Assembly: GCA_013265495.1 (NCBI GenBank) | Contig: MU057711.1 | Span: 2,368,844 to 2,432,843 of the forward strand | Length of the DNA stretch: 64,000 bases | DNA from: Vicugna vicugna | Lineage: Eukaryota | Reading direction: 5' to 3' | Part shown: one piece after another, positions 51,237 through 64,000 of the stretch | Numbering within the stretch: the first letter of the stretch is position 1 | Layout: each line of letters opens with the position of its first letter | Program-made: the position numbers and the translations under genes | The notes under the pieces: model-generated | Seen by the model: only the letters and a program-made list of their open reading frames with translations | The model's database searches: none | Told to the model about the DNA's origin: nothing

Positions 51237-53019
51237 AGAGAGAGATGGTAATACCATTCTCATAGGATTACGGCAAGGAGTAAGGTGAGATAACATACAT
51301 AAAGCACTAAGCACAGAACCTAGCACGTAATACATGTTTCAGAAGCACCAGTCGGTATTTGTAATGAACAAATATGTAGCTTTTAGTAATCATAATAGGT
51401 GTGTGTGTATGTATATATATGGTTGTACCACTTTACTAAAAATGATTTTAGAAAACTCATGTAATTTTTATAAATCATGACTTTATCAGTATAATGGCCC
51501 ACAAAGAATTTTACCTTGTGGACCTTAGCTTTATTTAACTGTCCTCTTGTGCCTAATTACTAGATCAAATGGTGTGAGCATTTTTTGTAAGTTTTATTTT
51601 ATTTTTTACATAATGTGGAATGAATGACTTGAAAACCTAAGGCTGGATCTTTAGGAAAGGGTAATGTTATGTAGTAAGAGTTATGCCAGTAGGCAAATTC
51701 TTTGCCAACTGCTCAGCATTCAAATGTTTAAAAAAAAAAACAAAGAAAAAAAAAAAAGGGAAAACACACTCTCATAGGGGTGGTATCTCGATTACGGTCT
51801 GATTAAAAATAAAGCATGTTGTATTCTTAATGCTAAGACTGGTATTACATAACCAATGCTCTACAAGGAGAAACACAGATCTGTCTGCTTGGGGCATCTT
51901 AAACTAATATAATCAGAGCCTTCCTACTCAAAGGAAGAAAATCACTAAACTTTAAGACATCTTTGAACAATTTCAGGGTTCTGTGTTGTGTGCTTCCCCA
52001 AAATTTTATCTTCTTCTTACTTTCCTAAGTAACAGATTCCTGATTTTTATTAAGATCCAATACTACCATCCCCTTCCCCCAACTAAAAGACTCCCAGCCT
52101 CCCTACCAGCTAGGGTGCCTAAGTGATCAAGTTCTGGCTAATGAAATAGAAGCAGAAGTTATGAATGCCTTTTAGAAAAACACTTTAAAAGGGAAAGGGT
52201 ATGCTTTATCTTTTTTGTGTGTGCCTTCCTCCTTCCCACTGCACAGAAGTGACAGAAGAGACACCAGTCCCTCAGAACCACATGTACTCCAGCCCCTTCT
52301 AGGCCCACAGGTGTCACACAGCTACTTTCCCCAAGAAGAGACCAAAGGCAACTGCTGTCTCTAAAACTCCCTGGAGACCCAGAGATAGTTCAGAGAGAAG
52401 TGTCCTTCTGAAGTCTCCCTAGCAAAGAAACTCCCCTTCCCTCACCCCCAGTCCAGCCTGGAAAAAAGGGATAACCCAAACAGCCTCTACTGAACCAATG
52501 ACACCCCAGAAAACGTGGAAATGTCCCATGGTCCCTAGCCCTGAGTCCTGGAGAAGTGGGACCCTGGGCAAATTCATTTTACTTCTTTGAGTTTCCACTT
52601 TACCTTTTGTAAAATGGAAACCATCTACCTATCTGCCCTACTCTGCAGGATGTTATGTCCAAATGAAACTGTGGATACAAAAGCACCTGAATTTGCAATG
52701 AAATAAAAATATATAGATGGCTAATGATATTGAGAGCCAGGGTCAAGAAAGGGCAGAGAGGGAGACTTTCAGAACATATCTTAAAGATACCCTTATAAAA
52801 GTATACAGAGAAATACGAACAATGAGGTTCAATTCAGCATTATTTGTAACATATAAAAGTTACATAAAATAAAATACGGCACATCAATACAGCCAAATAC
52901 AATGTAGTTAATAAAAAGATGAGACAACTGGTAAAACAAGAAATGAACAGTGTATCAGTTGGCATAATGGTAGTTACTGCCAGAACTAAAACCAGAAGTG
53001 GTTAGAAGGGGTTACTTCA

Positions 53020-54900
53020 ACTTCCAGTTAAACGAGATGATGGCAGGAACAAAGAGTTCAGAAGAGACAACAGTGGATGAAAGATGTCAATACACCTGGG
53101 AGATGAAAGGCAAGTGAAGGAGTCTGCAGATCAAAGAAAGCAAGATACCTCCTGGCCAAGGAGGTAGACATCCCTGAGAAAAGTTCAAACCCCAGAAACC
53201 TGGAAAAGCTCAGAACCTGGAGATGTAAGGAAGCAGAAAATCTCCAAATCTGGACACCAGTCAGAAGTGGGGAGAGATGCTGGACTGTGAGCAGAGCACT
53301 GGATAGGAAGACCTTCAGCCTCCTTTCCTTGGTTGGCTCCCAAAATACCAGCAGCCAGGTAAGATCCTTCTTGCAAGAGGAATCTCTCTCTGGAGAGACC
53401 AAAGAGCCCTGAGAAAATATCTACAGGGTCCAGATATTTAGTGGTTCCCCACCAAAATGATCAGGTCTCTGTTTAGTGACGCTACAGTGAAGTCCATCAG
53501 TGGACAAACACTATCTAGGCACAAAGCATAAAATCAACCTTTTCATACTACACATTTAAATATAAACAGATTACAAAGGCTCAACACCTAACTGAATGAT
53601 GCTTTTAATACAAAAGGAGGAGACCAAATAAATAACTGAAAAACTTGAGGGGAAATAGAGACAATGCAAGGAGCAAAAGAAAACTTAAAAACAGCAAAAA
53701 AATGCATCAACTAATATCCTCAGAGAAATAAAAGATACTGCATATACAAACAAGAACAGGATGCTATTTAAACAACAGCAATTAGAGAACATGGAAAAGT
53801 TCTTGGAAATTCAAAGTACAAGATCTGAAATAAAATTCAATAGCAGAGTCAGAAGACAAAGTTTAAGAACTCTCCTTGAAAGAAGAATACAAGAAAAAAA
53901 TAGGAAAAAGAGGAGGAAAAAACTTAAGAAAATCAGAGGATGAGACCAGGAATCCAACATCTAAATGGCAGGGGTTCTAGCAAGAAAGAAAAGACAGAAC
54001 GGAGAGAGGGAAACTATCACAGAAATATTTCAAGCAAACATCTCAGAGCTGAAGGCAAGATTATTCATTGTGCACCAGAGCAATGAAGATAAAGGGGAAG
54101 ATCCCAAAAGTTTCAAGAGAGCACATGCTGGTCACACGCAAAGGACTAAGAACCAGAATGGCAACAGACCTCTCAATAGCAAATCTGGAAGCCAGAAGAT
54201 AACAGAGCAATGCTTTCAAAACTCTAGGACAAAGTAATTTCCAAACTGGAATGCCATGCTGAGTCAAACAACCAATCTATATGAGGAGACTACATGAGAG
54301 AAGAATAAAGATTTTCAAACATGTAAGAACTTACAAAAATCTACCTCCAATGGTTGCTTTTTTACGAAGTTTGTAGAATTAAGACTTCACCAGAAAAAGG
54401 GAGTAAATCAAGAAGAGATGGGATCCAGGAAGCAGGCAAAGAGTCCGAAGAGGTCTACAGAATAACTGACCCAGACTAGAGCAGGAGGGGACAGAGGGCT
54501 GCAAGATGGATGTCTCAAAAAAAGGGGAAATGTCCAACCATGTGAAAAACAGAAATCAGATGGGTTTTACAAATCTGTTACAGTTTGGGAAGAATTAGTA
54601 CACGATAACCAAACAAATGAAAGCAATTAACCAACTGGTCAAGATCAGATCTGTATTTGTAAATTACACTTGTTTCCAATGAACAATAATTAAAAATAAA
54701 TAATGAATATTGATTTAACAAAGAACTGTGATGTCTCTACACTGGGAGAATGTAGGAAGGGAAACTGGGGGCGTGGAGCAATACAAGAATGCTAATTTGA
54801 ATTCTCCTCTTCTGTAACATGATGTCGGTAAAAGATGTAAACTGATAAATCAGTAAATAGCAAAATAAACCTACATTTAGAAATGGAAGTAAATATCCAA
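53020..54900 (+). mobile_element. Ancient L1-ORF1/HAL1-type relic
   Basis: A-rich; accagaatggcaacagacctctcaatagcaaatctggaagccagaaga resembles a decayed IR-ADFS...EARR ORF1 segment; boundaries approximate. Confidence 0.55.
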
Positions 54901-56079
54901 AGAAAAAACTAAAAAGTTTGGGAAGTAAAACTTTAGGATGGAGCAGGAGACTGCTTTTATATTACTCTTGACTTTTTAAAGCCATGGTCACAAATTACTA
55001 CTAATAAATAATAATTTAAAAAAAACCTGATTACCTCTAGAAGGGGAGATTAAATGAGGTACTGGAGTGAGGAACTTTTTTCCCCTCCATTTTATTCATT
55101 TCTGTATTACTTGAATTTCTTTTAAAAAATCATATGTGGCTTTTACATTTAGAAAAAAGACACATTAGACAATTCGAGAGACTGTCAGTCTACAGAAAGG
55201 CAATAAACATTGGGGCAGAAAGGCATAGTTAAGAAATTTCAAAGAGAGACTCTCTAAAATTTAGTGATTTACCAATGTGTTTAATCACATGGATTAGAAC
55301 ACTTCTCCTATATATATAAATACAGAAAAATTGTAATACTAAACCTATGGAAATCTACCTTCAAGAGCCAGTAACTGATTTAGTAAGTCACTTAGTGACA
55401 GGTTAAATTTGGGAAGTGCAAAAGTCTAGGACAATTCCAGGTATGTATGTGATCATCCTTGGAAGGTAAGTTAACTATTTATACTATTTTACCCAGTCTA
55501 CAGAGCTGTCAACTTTTTTTCTTTTCTTTTTTTTCCTATTAGCTGCAAATGGTTCAGATAATGCTTATTTTTATTACTGGTGTCATATCCCCTAAAGGTC
55601 TCTGATCAAATTTCTTCTTCAATACACTCAAACTTTTTTTTAGAAGATGAAAGTTGTTCATTATGTATTTGGCATTAGAATATTTATTTCAGAACAAAAT
55701 TTGAACCCCGGTACATCATATTCACTTTTGAAATGGCTGTCTTCCACAACCTCAAATATTGAGGCTTTCTCGAGCATGACTTTTTACCTTTCCTTAGATG
55801 GAAAAACCACTCTTTAAGGCAGCTCCTGAAAATAGGGAACTTGCAGCTCACTCACCTGATGTGTGACTACAACTAAGAGTACAATTAAATAAAGAGTTGT
55901 TGAAACGCATAGATGATTCGTGTTTCTATTCCACCCTGCTCCTCCTCAAAACCAGTTCGATTCTACAGGCGTTTCAGCATCTCACTAGACACAAACATTA
56001 TTAAATGAGGTTGGCAGCGGGAGGCTGCAAGGCTCTGAAAGTGGTACCACCAGCAAAGCTGAAGCAATGCAACATTTAC

Positions 56080-56288
56080 CTTTACTCGTCTCCGTTTTCT
56101 CCCCTTTTCTTCACCTGGAACCTGCTTCTCTCCTTTCTTTCTCTTTTTCCGCTTTCTGTCCTTGTGTTTGTCATGATCGTTTTTGTCTTCGAAAAGGCTG
56201 GAGTCGTGCCCGGAGCTGCCCGTGGAGAGCTCGGTGACTTCGTTCCCTCCCACTTTGAGGACCAGCTTCAAGGGCTTCTCTACATACT
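56080..56288 (-). CDS. BRD7: BRD7 exon 2 (YVEKPLKLVLKVGG...basic NLS-like KRKKRKK/RKRRRVK)
   Basis: tttaag|AG ... AAG|gtaaat. Confidence 0.95.
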
Positions 56289-56299
56289 CTTAAAAAGAA

Positions 56300-57210
56300 G
56301 GAACGGGCCTCGATTAAAGGAGGGCCTCGCTGGGCAGTATCCACAATGCAGAGCGACCCCTGGGTGGAGAGAAGGAGGCGCCCAGGAAGAGGCGGCCGGG
56401 GGCACGCCGTGGGCGCCCCGCGAAGCACCTGTTGAATGACGGACACTCGCCAAGTGAGCGCTCCGAACGCTGCCGGGCCCCTCGGGGCCGTCTCACCTCC
56501 CAACAGGAGACCCGCCTGGGCCTGGGGTCCGGGTTCTAATGCCGCCCCCGCCTGGGGTCTGCGGGGCTCAGGAGGGCCGCTCCGCCTTCGCGGGTCCGGG
56601 CCTGCCCGCGGGAGGTACGCCCCCGGCCCACCTCGGAGGCTCGAGGGTGGCCTCGAAGGCACGAAAGCTCCACCGAGCCGCCGAGGGCCCGCCGCCCTCC
56701 CCCACCGCGGCCCACTCCTCACCCTCGTAGAGGTGTTTGTCCGACTTGTGCTTCTTGTGCTTCTTGCCCATGTCCGACCGGGCCCCGGTGCCCGCCCCCC
56801 GCGCCAGGCCCAGGCCGTGCGGCGCCGCTTCCGGTCCGGGCCAGGCGAGCGGAGGGCGGGAGCGGGGCCCGCGAGACCCCGCGCCGCGAGGCAGGGGGGC
56901 GGCGTGCGCCGAGCGGCGCGAGGCTCCTCACGAGAAGACAGCGCGCGCGAGACCTGGCCGGAGCCCGAGAGCGGCGGCGGGTCAGCGAGCGGCTGGCGCG
57001 GAGGCGGGAGAGAGGGCCCGCCGCGCGCACAGGGGGACGCCGGCTGCACTTGGCGGCCCCTGGCGGCTGGGGGTGGCCCTTCAGCCTGGTGCCAGCCCTG
57101 CAGCCTGGTGCCCGGGGGCGGAATCCAGGCTGGGGGCGGGTCCGGGGCGGGTCCGGGGCAAGGCTGGGGGCGGGGCGGGGGCGGGTCCGGGGCGGGGCCC
57201 ACCGCTCTGA
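56300..57210 (-). promoter_or_regulatory. BRD7 CpG-island promoter with an ETS-like motif (CCGGAAG, about 56830) and a GC-box cluster (57132-57200)
   Basis: Very high GC and CpG density around exon 1; repeated GGGGCGGG; no obvious TATA box. Confidence 0.9.
56723..56771 (-). CDS. BRD7: BRD7 exon 1 coding part (MGKKHKKHKSDKHLYE)
   Basis: Strong Kozak context gacATGG; donor G|gtgagg. Confidence 0.95.
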
Positions 57211-57219
57211 AACTCCGTG

Positions 57220-57400
57220 TTTCTTCTCTCCCTCCCTTCTTCTTCTCTCTCCCTCTTCCTTTTCTCTCTTGATTCCTTCTCTCCCTCCTTCCTCTGCTCT
57301 CCCTCTTTTCCCTTCTTCCTTTTTGTTTTCTTTTTTACCACCCTTCCTCTTCTCCCTCCTCCTCCGTTCTGTACCATTTTCCCTAGCTTCTATCTTCCCT
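57220..57400. repeat. Polypyrimidine (CT-rich) low-complexity tract
   Basis: About 150 nt almost entirely C/T, immediately upstream of the GC boxes. Confidence 0.85.
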
Positions 57401-57879
57401 TCAACAATATTTGTTGACTCCTGTACCGGATGCCGGATCCAGCAAACCTAGCACGTGACTAGGACTGGAGATGCAGTGGATTGTTTTAGTTTTATGCTTC
57501 TCCATATTGTTTGAAAAATATCTCATGTGTATGTGAAATTTTTTTGAAATTAAAGATAAATTTTAGAAATTAAATAGAAAAAATGATGCAAATGTATTGA
57601 TCTACATCAAATGGCGGTCCAGACTTAGACTGCGGCTCTGTAAATGGATGTCCACTGCTCAACTCTATTTTTAGCCCTTCTTCTCATTCACTCTTACCCT
57701 TAGATGCTGAGCCCAACTGGTGAGATTAGTTATTCACATTTCTGTTAATTAGCATTTACCCAAATGAAATGTTAAGATGTATTTAATAAAGCACATCCAG
57801 GGATGTTGGCTGCAGGCAGAATGAATAATGTCAATATTTTTCTACATGATAACCTTGTAACATACGAAGTGCAGATATA

Positions 57880-58000
57880 TTCTTATTCCCATTTTACAGA
57901 TGAGGAAATGGATGCAATGTAGAAGTGAAGTAAGTTGCCAGTTAGTGGTAGAGCCAGGTTTCAAATCCAGGTTTTCTGAATCTGAATTACAAGCTCTTTT
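57880..58000 (-). mobile_element. MIR SINE relic (others near 34590, 41630, 47130, 60150 and 61130)
   Basis: MIR core cccattttacagatgaggaaa...gagccaggtttcaaatccagg. Confidence 0.7.
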
Positions 58001-58221
58001 TACTTGTACACATGATGAAGGATGTCTTAATTGTCTCTACTTTAGACTTACAGTGCCCTGTGTATTTTCAGATAAACCCATAATCATAGCCTGCTCTCAG
58101 AAAAGGAACTGACATTAGTCATTTATAAGTAAGAGTTTAGACCTCTGAATCACTTCTCCTAGGAAGATTTATAGCTTAACTTGAACTCCAGTGGTGAAAT
58201 GGTAGACTTGTAATTCAAGGG

Positions 58222-58620
58222 CCCTATGGTTGGCAAATGACAGAAACCCAGTTTGAATTATTTTAAGTAAATAAAAAGATTTATTGATTCACAAGCCCAG
58301 GAAGGGTAGGAGGAGAGCTTACCTGAAGAAAGATGGGACCCAGAGATTTGATGCTGCAAGTTCTCGCTCTCTCTTTCTTTGTCTCCTCCCTGTGTATGTT
58401 GGACTCCTTTTTTTTCCTTATATGACTGAAAACACAGGTACAGGCAGCTGCTTCCAGACCAATTGGGAAAAGGGTCTCTTCCCTGTCAGCTTCGCTCAGG
58501 AAAAAATTCCAGGTAAGGGCTCTGATTGGCTTGGCTTGGGTCACATGTTTTATGGGCAAGGGAATGGGAGATTGGTCCAGCTTGGATACCAAGTCCACCT
58601 CTATGGCCAAGACAAGTTTG
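58222..58620 (-). mobile_element. Old MaLR LTR (MLT1-type) relic
   Basis: ggttggcaaatgacagaaaccc...tttattg...ctctgattggcttggcttgggtcacatg. Confidence 0.55.
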
Positions 58621-59126
58621 AGTCTGTGACTGGCAGTCCCCTGCAGACCCCAGGGGTTAGCCCAGGAAGATGAGGTTCCTCTGTGGAGGGAAGCTGCTTT
58701 TTCATGAAGGTTAAAATTTTGTGTTTATTACCTTCCTGTAACAAGGTCTCTGGCATCTGTGAGGTGGAGGTCAGAATGGAGGAAGAAGGGTTGTGCTGGA
58801 GAAGGGAACCTCGGTTGCTCTGAAATCAAGCCACCAATGTACCCTAAATATAGGGCAAAACTTGGTTTCCACTTTTCAACTTTTAAGGTTGCTACCACTC
58901 TTTTTGCTTTAAGGAGACCTGCTATGCCAACTACTCCCATGCGTCTGGCCGCTACTGCAGACGGGGTCTTGCCTCACTCCACGCTGAACCTGTGAGTTTT
59001 CCTGACTTCTCCCCTTCACCCAGCATGCTCCCTCAGGGCAGGGTCTGGTCTGGAGAAGCACAGTACCTTAGTGTCCACAGCACCCAGTACAGTGACCACC
59101 ACTCTGCAAATGCCTCTCAGAACTAG

Positions 59127-59127
<1 letters not shown>

Positions 59128-59162
<35 letters not shown>
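59128..59162. repeat. (TG)17 microsatellite
   Basis: Perfect dinucleotide run. Confidence 0.95.
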
Positions 59163-59165
<3 letters not shown>

Positions 59166-59454
59166 TACCTCTCTCTTCCCTCTGACCACCCTGTGATGGA
59201 GGAAAAGGCTCTGGTTAACTTATTTACATTAGAGAGTTAGTAACTTTTCCTCCCTCCTCAGCAGAGATCTTACCTAAATCCCAAAGTATTCACAGTAGTG
59301 CAAAATGAGTAAAAACATGAAGCAGAAATTAACTCATGGAAAAAAGTTCCTGGGAGATAGAAACCCCAACTCATCTTTTTTTTATTCCCAGCTCCAGGAC
59401 AGTGCCTGGCACATTAAAAATACCAAAAAATTGTAGCTAAACTGAACCATTTCA

Positions 59455-60002
59455 GAGTCAGACCCTAAAATGACCCCTAAAGATTTCTGCCTCCTGGTAG
59501 ACATGTCCTCCAGTTGAGTGTGGACTTGCATAGAGACTTCTAACCATAGTATATAGCAAAGATGATGAGATGTCATTTCTGTGATCCAGTCCCAGAAGAC
59601 TGTGGCTTCCATCTTGCTACCCAACTCTGTTGTCTTCTTGGCTTGCATGCTTCGATGAAGCAAGTTGCCATGTTGGAGAGGCTCATGTGCAAGGAACTGA
59701 GGGCAACCTCTAGCCAACACCCAGTAAGAACTGAGGCTGTCGGTCTAGCATCCCTTGAGCCATTAGCCTTGCCAACAACCACCTGAGCTTCAAAGTGAAC
59801 CCCTCCTCAGCAAAGCATTCGGATGAGACCTCAGCCCTGGCTCACACCTTGATTGCAGCCATTGAGAGCCCCCGAAGCAGAAGACCCAAGTAAGCTATGC
59901 TCAGACTCGTTACTCACAGAAACTGTGAGATAATAAGTGTATGTTTACTTAAACCACTAAAGTTTAGAGTAATTTATTCCATGGCAATAGATAGCTTATG
60001 CA
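59455..60002 (+). mobile_element. MaLR solo LTR (MLT1-type)
   Basis: aaggaactgagggcaacctctagccaaca...cagccctggctcacaccttgattgcagcc...cacagaaactgtgagataataa. Confidence 0.75.
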
Positions 60003-61344
60003 AATATCATCCCAGACAGGGAAACTTTCTGAGCCTGACACGTATCTCAATAAGAAGGACAGAAACTGAGCAATTGCCTGTGCAGGGTACTTAGCTGGAG
60101 TGTTTCCTACGCTGTCCATCCCTTTATCTTATTCTAGCTGGGTGAGAAGGGTACTTTTGTCCCCATCTCACAGGTGAGGAAACTGAAGCCTGGAGAAGTC
60201 AGATCATTTACCCCAAGTCACAGCTTACCTATCTGGGATCTGAATCCACATCTGCCTACCTCCAAAACCCACATTCTAACCATTAGGCCATACTGCTCTT
60301 CAAAAGGAGGGCCAGACAATTTCCAAAGTCCCTTCCTGCCTGTTTGGAGTAGCGCTAGATGAAAACAGATTCCAGAAGAGGCTCCATATGCTCACGTAAA
60401 CGTGTAAGAAAGGATATTTGTGCATGGAAAAGGGATCAGAAAATAAGTTAAAGGATGGAAATTGTTATTTTCTGTTTATGGACTAAGGAGAACCTGACCA
60501 TAAAAGATGACTGCTCAACTGGATGGAACAGCTCTGTAACAGCAGAACTTCAGGTTTTGTGATACCTGGGTAGGAGGATGGTTCCCATCTGGGCTGTGAG
60601 GGGAGACTTCTTGGCAGCAGCCAGTCACCCCCTCATAAGGAAAGGGAGCCTTATTGGTTGGAGAAGAAGAGGACAATCTTGGGAGAGGGCAAGGCTCGCT
60701 CTACCTTGCTTGGTCCTCTCCAGTACCTTCCTACATCTGCGGGCCCCTGGCACTTCCTTTGCAGCCTGGTTTGCTGCAGCTCTGTCATGGCGGCAGGATG
60801 AGTGCCTTCTCTTTCCAAGGTGGATTGGCCTGACACATTTCACCACATCCCTAGAACACAGCCTTGAAGCTTTGGGGAGAAATAGCTACTATGACACCTG
60901 GGGAGCATCTGCTCAGACCCTTCCTCGGTGTCTTCCCTGCAACACCCAGAGGAGGATGTAGCGGGTCCATGTGACAGAGGCTGGGTCTGTGGCATCATCA
61001 GGACCAGACAGGAGCCACCTATGTTACACAGCTAGTGGGTGGGAGTCTGAATGGGAACCCAGGCCTCCCAACCCCCTGACCAAGGCACCCCTGCAGCTCT
61101 GGAGAGGAACAGACTGGCTCAAGTCTCGGGTTTGTATTTACCACTTTGTGACCTTGGGCACATCATGTCACCACTCTGACCCTCAGGCTCCTCCTCTGGA
61201 ACAAGGGCAAGGGAATCAGGCCACTGCTTCAGAGGGTGTTTATAAGGCCAAAGAAGATAATGTGGTCAAAATGTCGAGAGTAAGACCTGGTATAGCATAA
61301 GCGCTCAATAGATGTCAGCTGCTAATATTAATTTTAAAGTAGTT

Positions 61345-61905
61345 TATAAGCTTTTAAAAGCATGATCCAGATAAGTCACTCCCCTGCTCAAACTGTCTCA
61401 TGGCTCCCCATCTCACTCAGAGTCAAAGCCAAACCCTTACTTTGGCTTCAGGGCCTGATCTGGCCCCATTATCTCCCCAGCCTAGCTTCCTCCCCCCGTC
61501 ACTGTGGCCCAGCCGCCCGGCCTCCTCACTTGTCTGACACAGCAGGCCTGCTTCTGCCTAGGACCTCAGACTCTGCTCTTCCCTGTGCCTAGAACATGTT
61601 CCCCTCAGCTTCTGGCCTGGCTCCTCGTCATCCTGGTCTCCAGGGTGACTGTGTCATAGAAGCTTCCGGAACAGAGACTCACAGCAGCACTTCTGACTCC
61701 TCATCCCGGCATGGCTTTGCTTCTTTCTGTGGAGTTATATCTCTGTTCCCCGTCTGTGTGAGTGTTCGCTCTCTCTCCCTGCAGGACTCCCAGCTCCTTG
61801 AGGACAGGGACCGTCTGTCCCACTCACGCTGTTTCCCCTCGCACCGAGCACAGTGCCAGGCCCAGCGCGGGCCCTCAAGAAATATTTATGGGATGCATGA
61901 AGGAA
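61345..61905 (-). mobile_element. L2 LINE 3' relic
   Basis: tggctcccatctcactcagagtcaaagcc...cagctccttgaggacagggacc...aaatatttat. Confidence 0.65.
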
Positions 61906-62559
61906 TTATTCTTACTGTTTTGTGATGATTCCCTCCCACCCTCCTCCCCTGAGGGTCTTTTTGACTGGGGACAGGAGGTAGCTGGTGGCCTCTGGGAGAG
62001 ACTGAGGAGGAGGCGGAGGAGAGAGGCACTGAGGAAGGCTGGCCACTGGGGGGTGTGGCATTCCCAGGAAATGGCCTCTGCCCAGCTCTCTCAGGCCCAG
62101 GCCTCTCTGCAGTTGCCCAGGGGGCCTGAGGCCGGGGCAGGCCAGGCCCTTAGCAGACTCATTACCCTGAAGTGGGCCAGGCTCTCACCACAGCTGGGCC
62201 TTCAGACCTCGGTGTTTCTATGGAGAGGGTGCTCTGGGACACAGCTGATGTCCTGGACACCTGACCTTGGGGTAGAGTGTGGCCTTCCTTGGTTGGGGGA
62301 ATTCTGGGGAACTTATGGGACCCTTTAGAGGAACCCCTTTATAGTCGACAGATGTAAAAGGCTTCCTGGGAGCCAACCCCCCTGATCCAGACACACTGAA
62401 ACCCGTGAACCTGACTGATGTTCAGGGGCTCCCACGGCCCTCACTGCTGTCCTGCTGTGGTCCTCCAAGCCCACTCAAGCAGCAGTGAAGCAGGGCAAGG
62501 AAGATCCACGGCCAGTTGTCCTCAGACTGCTACTTCTTTTCTTGTTTCCCTTTGTCTGG

Positions 62560-62678
62560 TGTTTGTTTGTTTTATTTAAATTTTTAATTAATTATTTTTT
62601 TAAATGGAGGTACTGGGAATTGAACCCAGGACCTCGTGCATGCTAGGCATGTACTCTACCACTGAGCTATCATCTCCC
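62560..62678 (-). mobile_element. tRNA-derived SINE (Vic-1-like)
   Basis: Reverse complement shows an A box (tagctcagtgg) and a B box (gttcaattc); flanking direct repeat CCTTTGTCTG at 62549 and 62686. Confidence 0.75.
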
Positions 62679-63496
62679 TTTTCTTCCTTTGTCTGAACCT
62701 CAGTTTTCTCCTCTGAGGAATGGGTAGAACCCACCCTATGCCACCTGTGTGGTTGGCCTGAGGGTCAGGGAAAGTAAGGAGTGAAAAGGCTTCTTGCACA
62801 GTGAAGGCCTTCCCAGGTATAAGGCGGGTGGGAAAGGGCCCCTTCTCCTGGATACTCTAGGGGTGCCTGGGGGAACGGGAGGGAGGTGGCATTTGTCCGT
62901 CCCAGGCCCCAGCAGCTACAGCAGCTGCCCCAGTTTGGCAGCAGGCCCACCTGGCACCAGCCTGTTAGTGTGGGAGAGTGCCCAGGGGGCCAAGGCTGGG
63001 TTGTGAGCTTCTCTTTGGGGATGCGGTGGCCTGAGGTGATTTGCTGTGACAGGCTGTGGACAGTGCAGCTTCCAGGGTTGCTCGTGGTCACAGGCAGATC
63101 TGTCCCAGCCACCTGCCTTCGAGTGAACAAAAGAGAGGCAGCTGATGGCAGCTGTCCGTGTAGGGATCCTGGGTTGCCTCTGCCCTCGTGATCCCTGAGC
63201 TGCTTGCTGTGGGGCAGTGAGCCCAAGCCATAGTACCCATCGCTGTCAACCCCAAAGTCATTTTGACTCAGATTCTGCCATGACAAAGATAAACCCAGAG
63301 CCCTTGAGCAAATAGGACAGAGGCTACACAAGAACCTCCCTCCCTCCCCTCCCTGCCTCCCCTCCTTCCTTCATCCAAGTATGTTGAGTGCGTACTGTTG
63401 TGCCCGGCACTGTGCTAGGGGCTGGAACACAGTGGGTACAATTAGATGAGGTTCTGTCCTCATGGAGTGTGCAGTCTGGTGAGGGACATGCACATT

Positions 63497-63760
63497 AGTG
63501 GTTACCGGGAGGAAGGCGGTGGGAAGGAATAAACTGGGAGCTCGAGACTTGCAGATACACACTACTATATATAAAATAAACAGCAAGGCCCTTCTCTACA
63601 GCACAGGGAACTCTATTCAATATCTTGTAGTAATCTATCACGAAAAAGAATATGAAAAGGAATATATGTATATATACGTATGACTGAAACATTATGCTGT
63701 GCACAAGAAGTTGAGACAACACTGCAAACGGGCTATACTTCAATAAAAAATTTTAAAAAA
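63497..63760 (+). mobile_element. LINE-1 3'UTR fragment
   Basis: Closely similar to the 3'UTR at 21740-21985; AATAAA and A-tail. Confidence 0.8.
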
Positions 63761-64000
63761 CCCAGATAACTTCACAGATAATTATTTAATCACAGTTGTG
63801 CTAACCATTATGAAGCAAAACAACAGGGTGCTGTTGGGACGGAAAACTGACCTGGCCTGGAGGTTCAGGCAAGGCCCCGCGAGGAAGCCATACTTGACCT
63901 GGAGGATGACTCATAGGCTGGGTACCCTAGAAGGGAGCCTTCTAGGTTGATGGGATTCTGTTGGGGGCAACAGGAAACACCTAAAAGGGGATGAGAGACG

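Larger units (their letters stand above)
15302..56771 (-). other. BRD7: BRD7 gene span (bromodomain-containing protein 7, PBAF subunit); 17 coding exons, 1956 nt = 651 aa + stop
   Basis: Begins MGKKHKKHKSDKHLYE and has the bromodomain segment FFSFPVTDFIAPGYSMIIKHPMDF...AMIYNKPETIYY. Exon lengths sum to an intact frame. Confidence 0.97.

Noticed and set aside
56171..57451. Long ORFs on both strands over the BRD7 promoter (343 aa on -, 278 aa on +)
   Set aside because: These are stop-poor GC-rich CpG-island sequence with low-complexity Pro/Gly/Arg translations. The 343-aa ORF is out of frame with the BRD7 ATG.
62600..62678. tRNA-like sequence as a tRNA gene
   Set aside because: It has an AT-rich tail, flanking direct repeats and degenerate paralogues in the window, so it is a SINE.
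61596..63331. 188-aa ORFs upstream of BRD7
   Set aside because: They partly overlap repeat relics and show no protein-family motif or consistent splice structure.
1..64000. CRISPR arrays, operons or other prokaryotic-type novel systems
   Set aside because: The window is intron-containing mammalian DNA, and I saw no regularly spaced repeat array or foreign-looking insert.

Overview
This is mammalian genomic DNA, most likely a camelid, inferred from short tRNA-derived SINEs resembling the camelid Vic-1 type. Two genes lie tail-to-tail. On the + strand are the last 16 coding exons of ADCY7 (249-11395; 624 aa covering C1b, the M2 membrane cassette and the C2 catalytic domain). On the - strand is the complete 17-exon BRD7 gene (ATG at 56771, stop at 15302; 651 aa, or 652 aa through a NAGNAG acceptor) with a CpG-island promoter. 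All exon boundaries were read by hand as GT-AG and the reading frames join correctly. The introns and upstream region hold LINE-1, L2, MIR, SINE, MaLR LTR and DNA-transposon relics. The two most notable non-genic structures are a 5'-complete, ORF1-only (HAL1-like) LINE-1 derivative in BRD7 intron 12 and a young 5'-truncated LINE-1 with a perfect 12-bp target-site duplication (TSD) in intron 9. I found no support for a wholly novel biological system. Most ORF-track entries are chance ORFs, and repeat subfamily names are from recognition rather than a database search.
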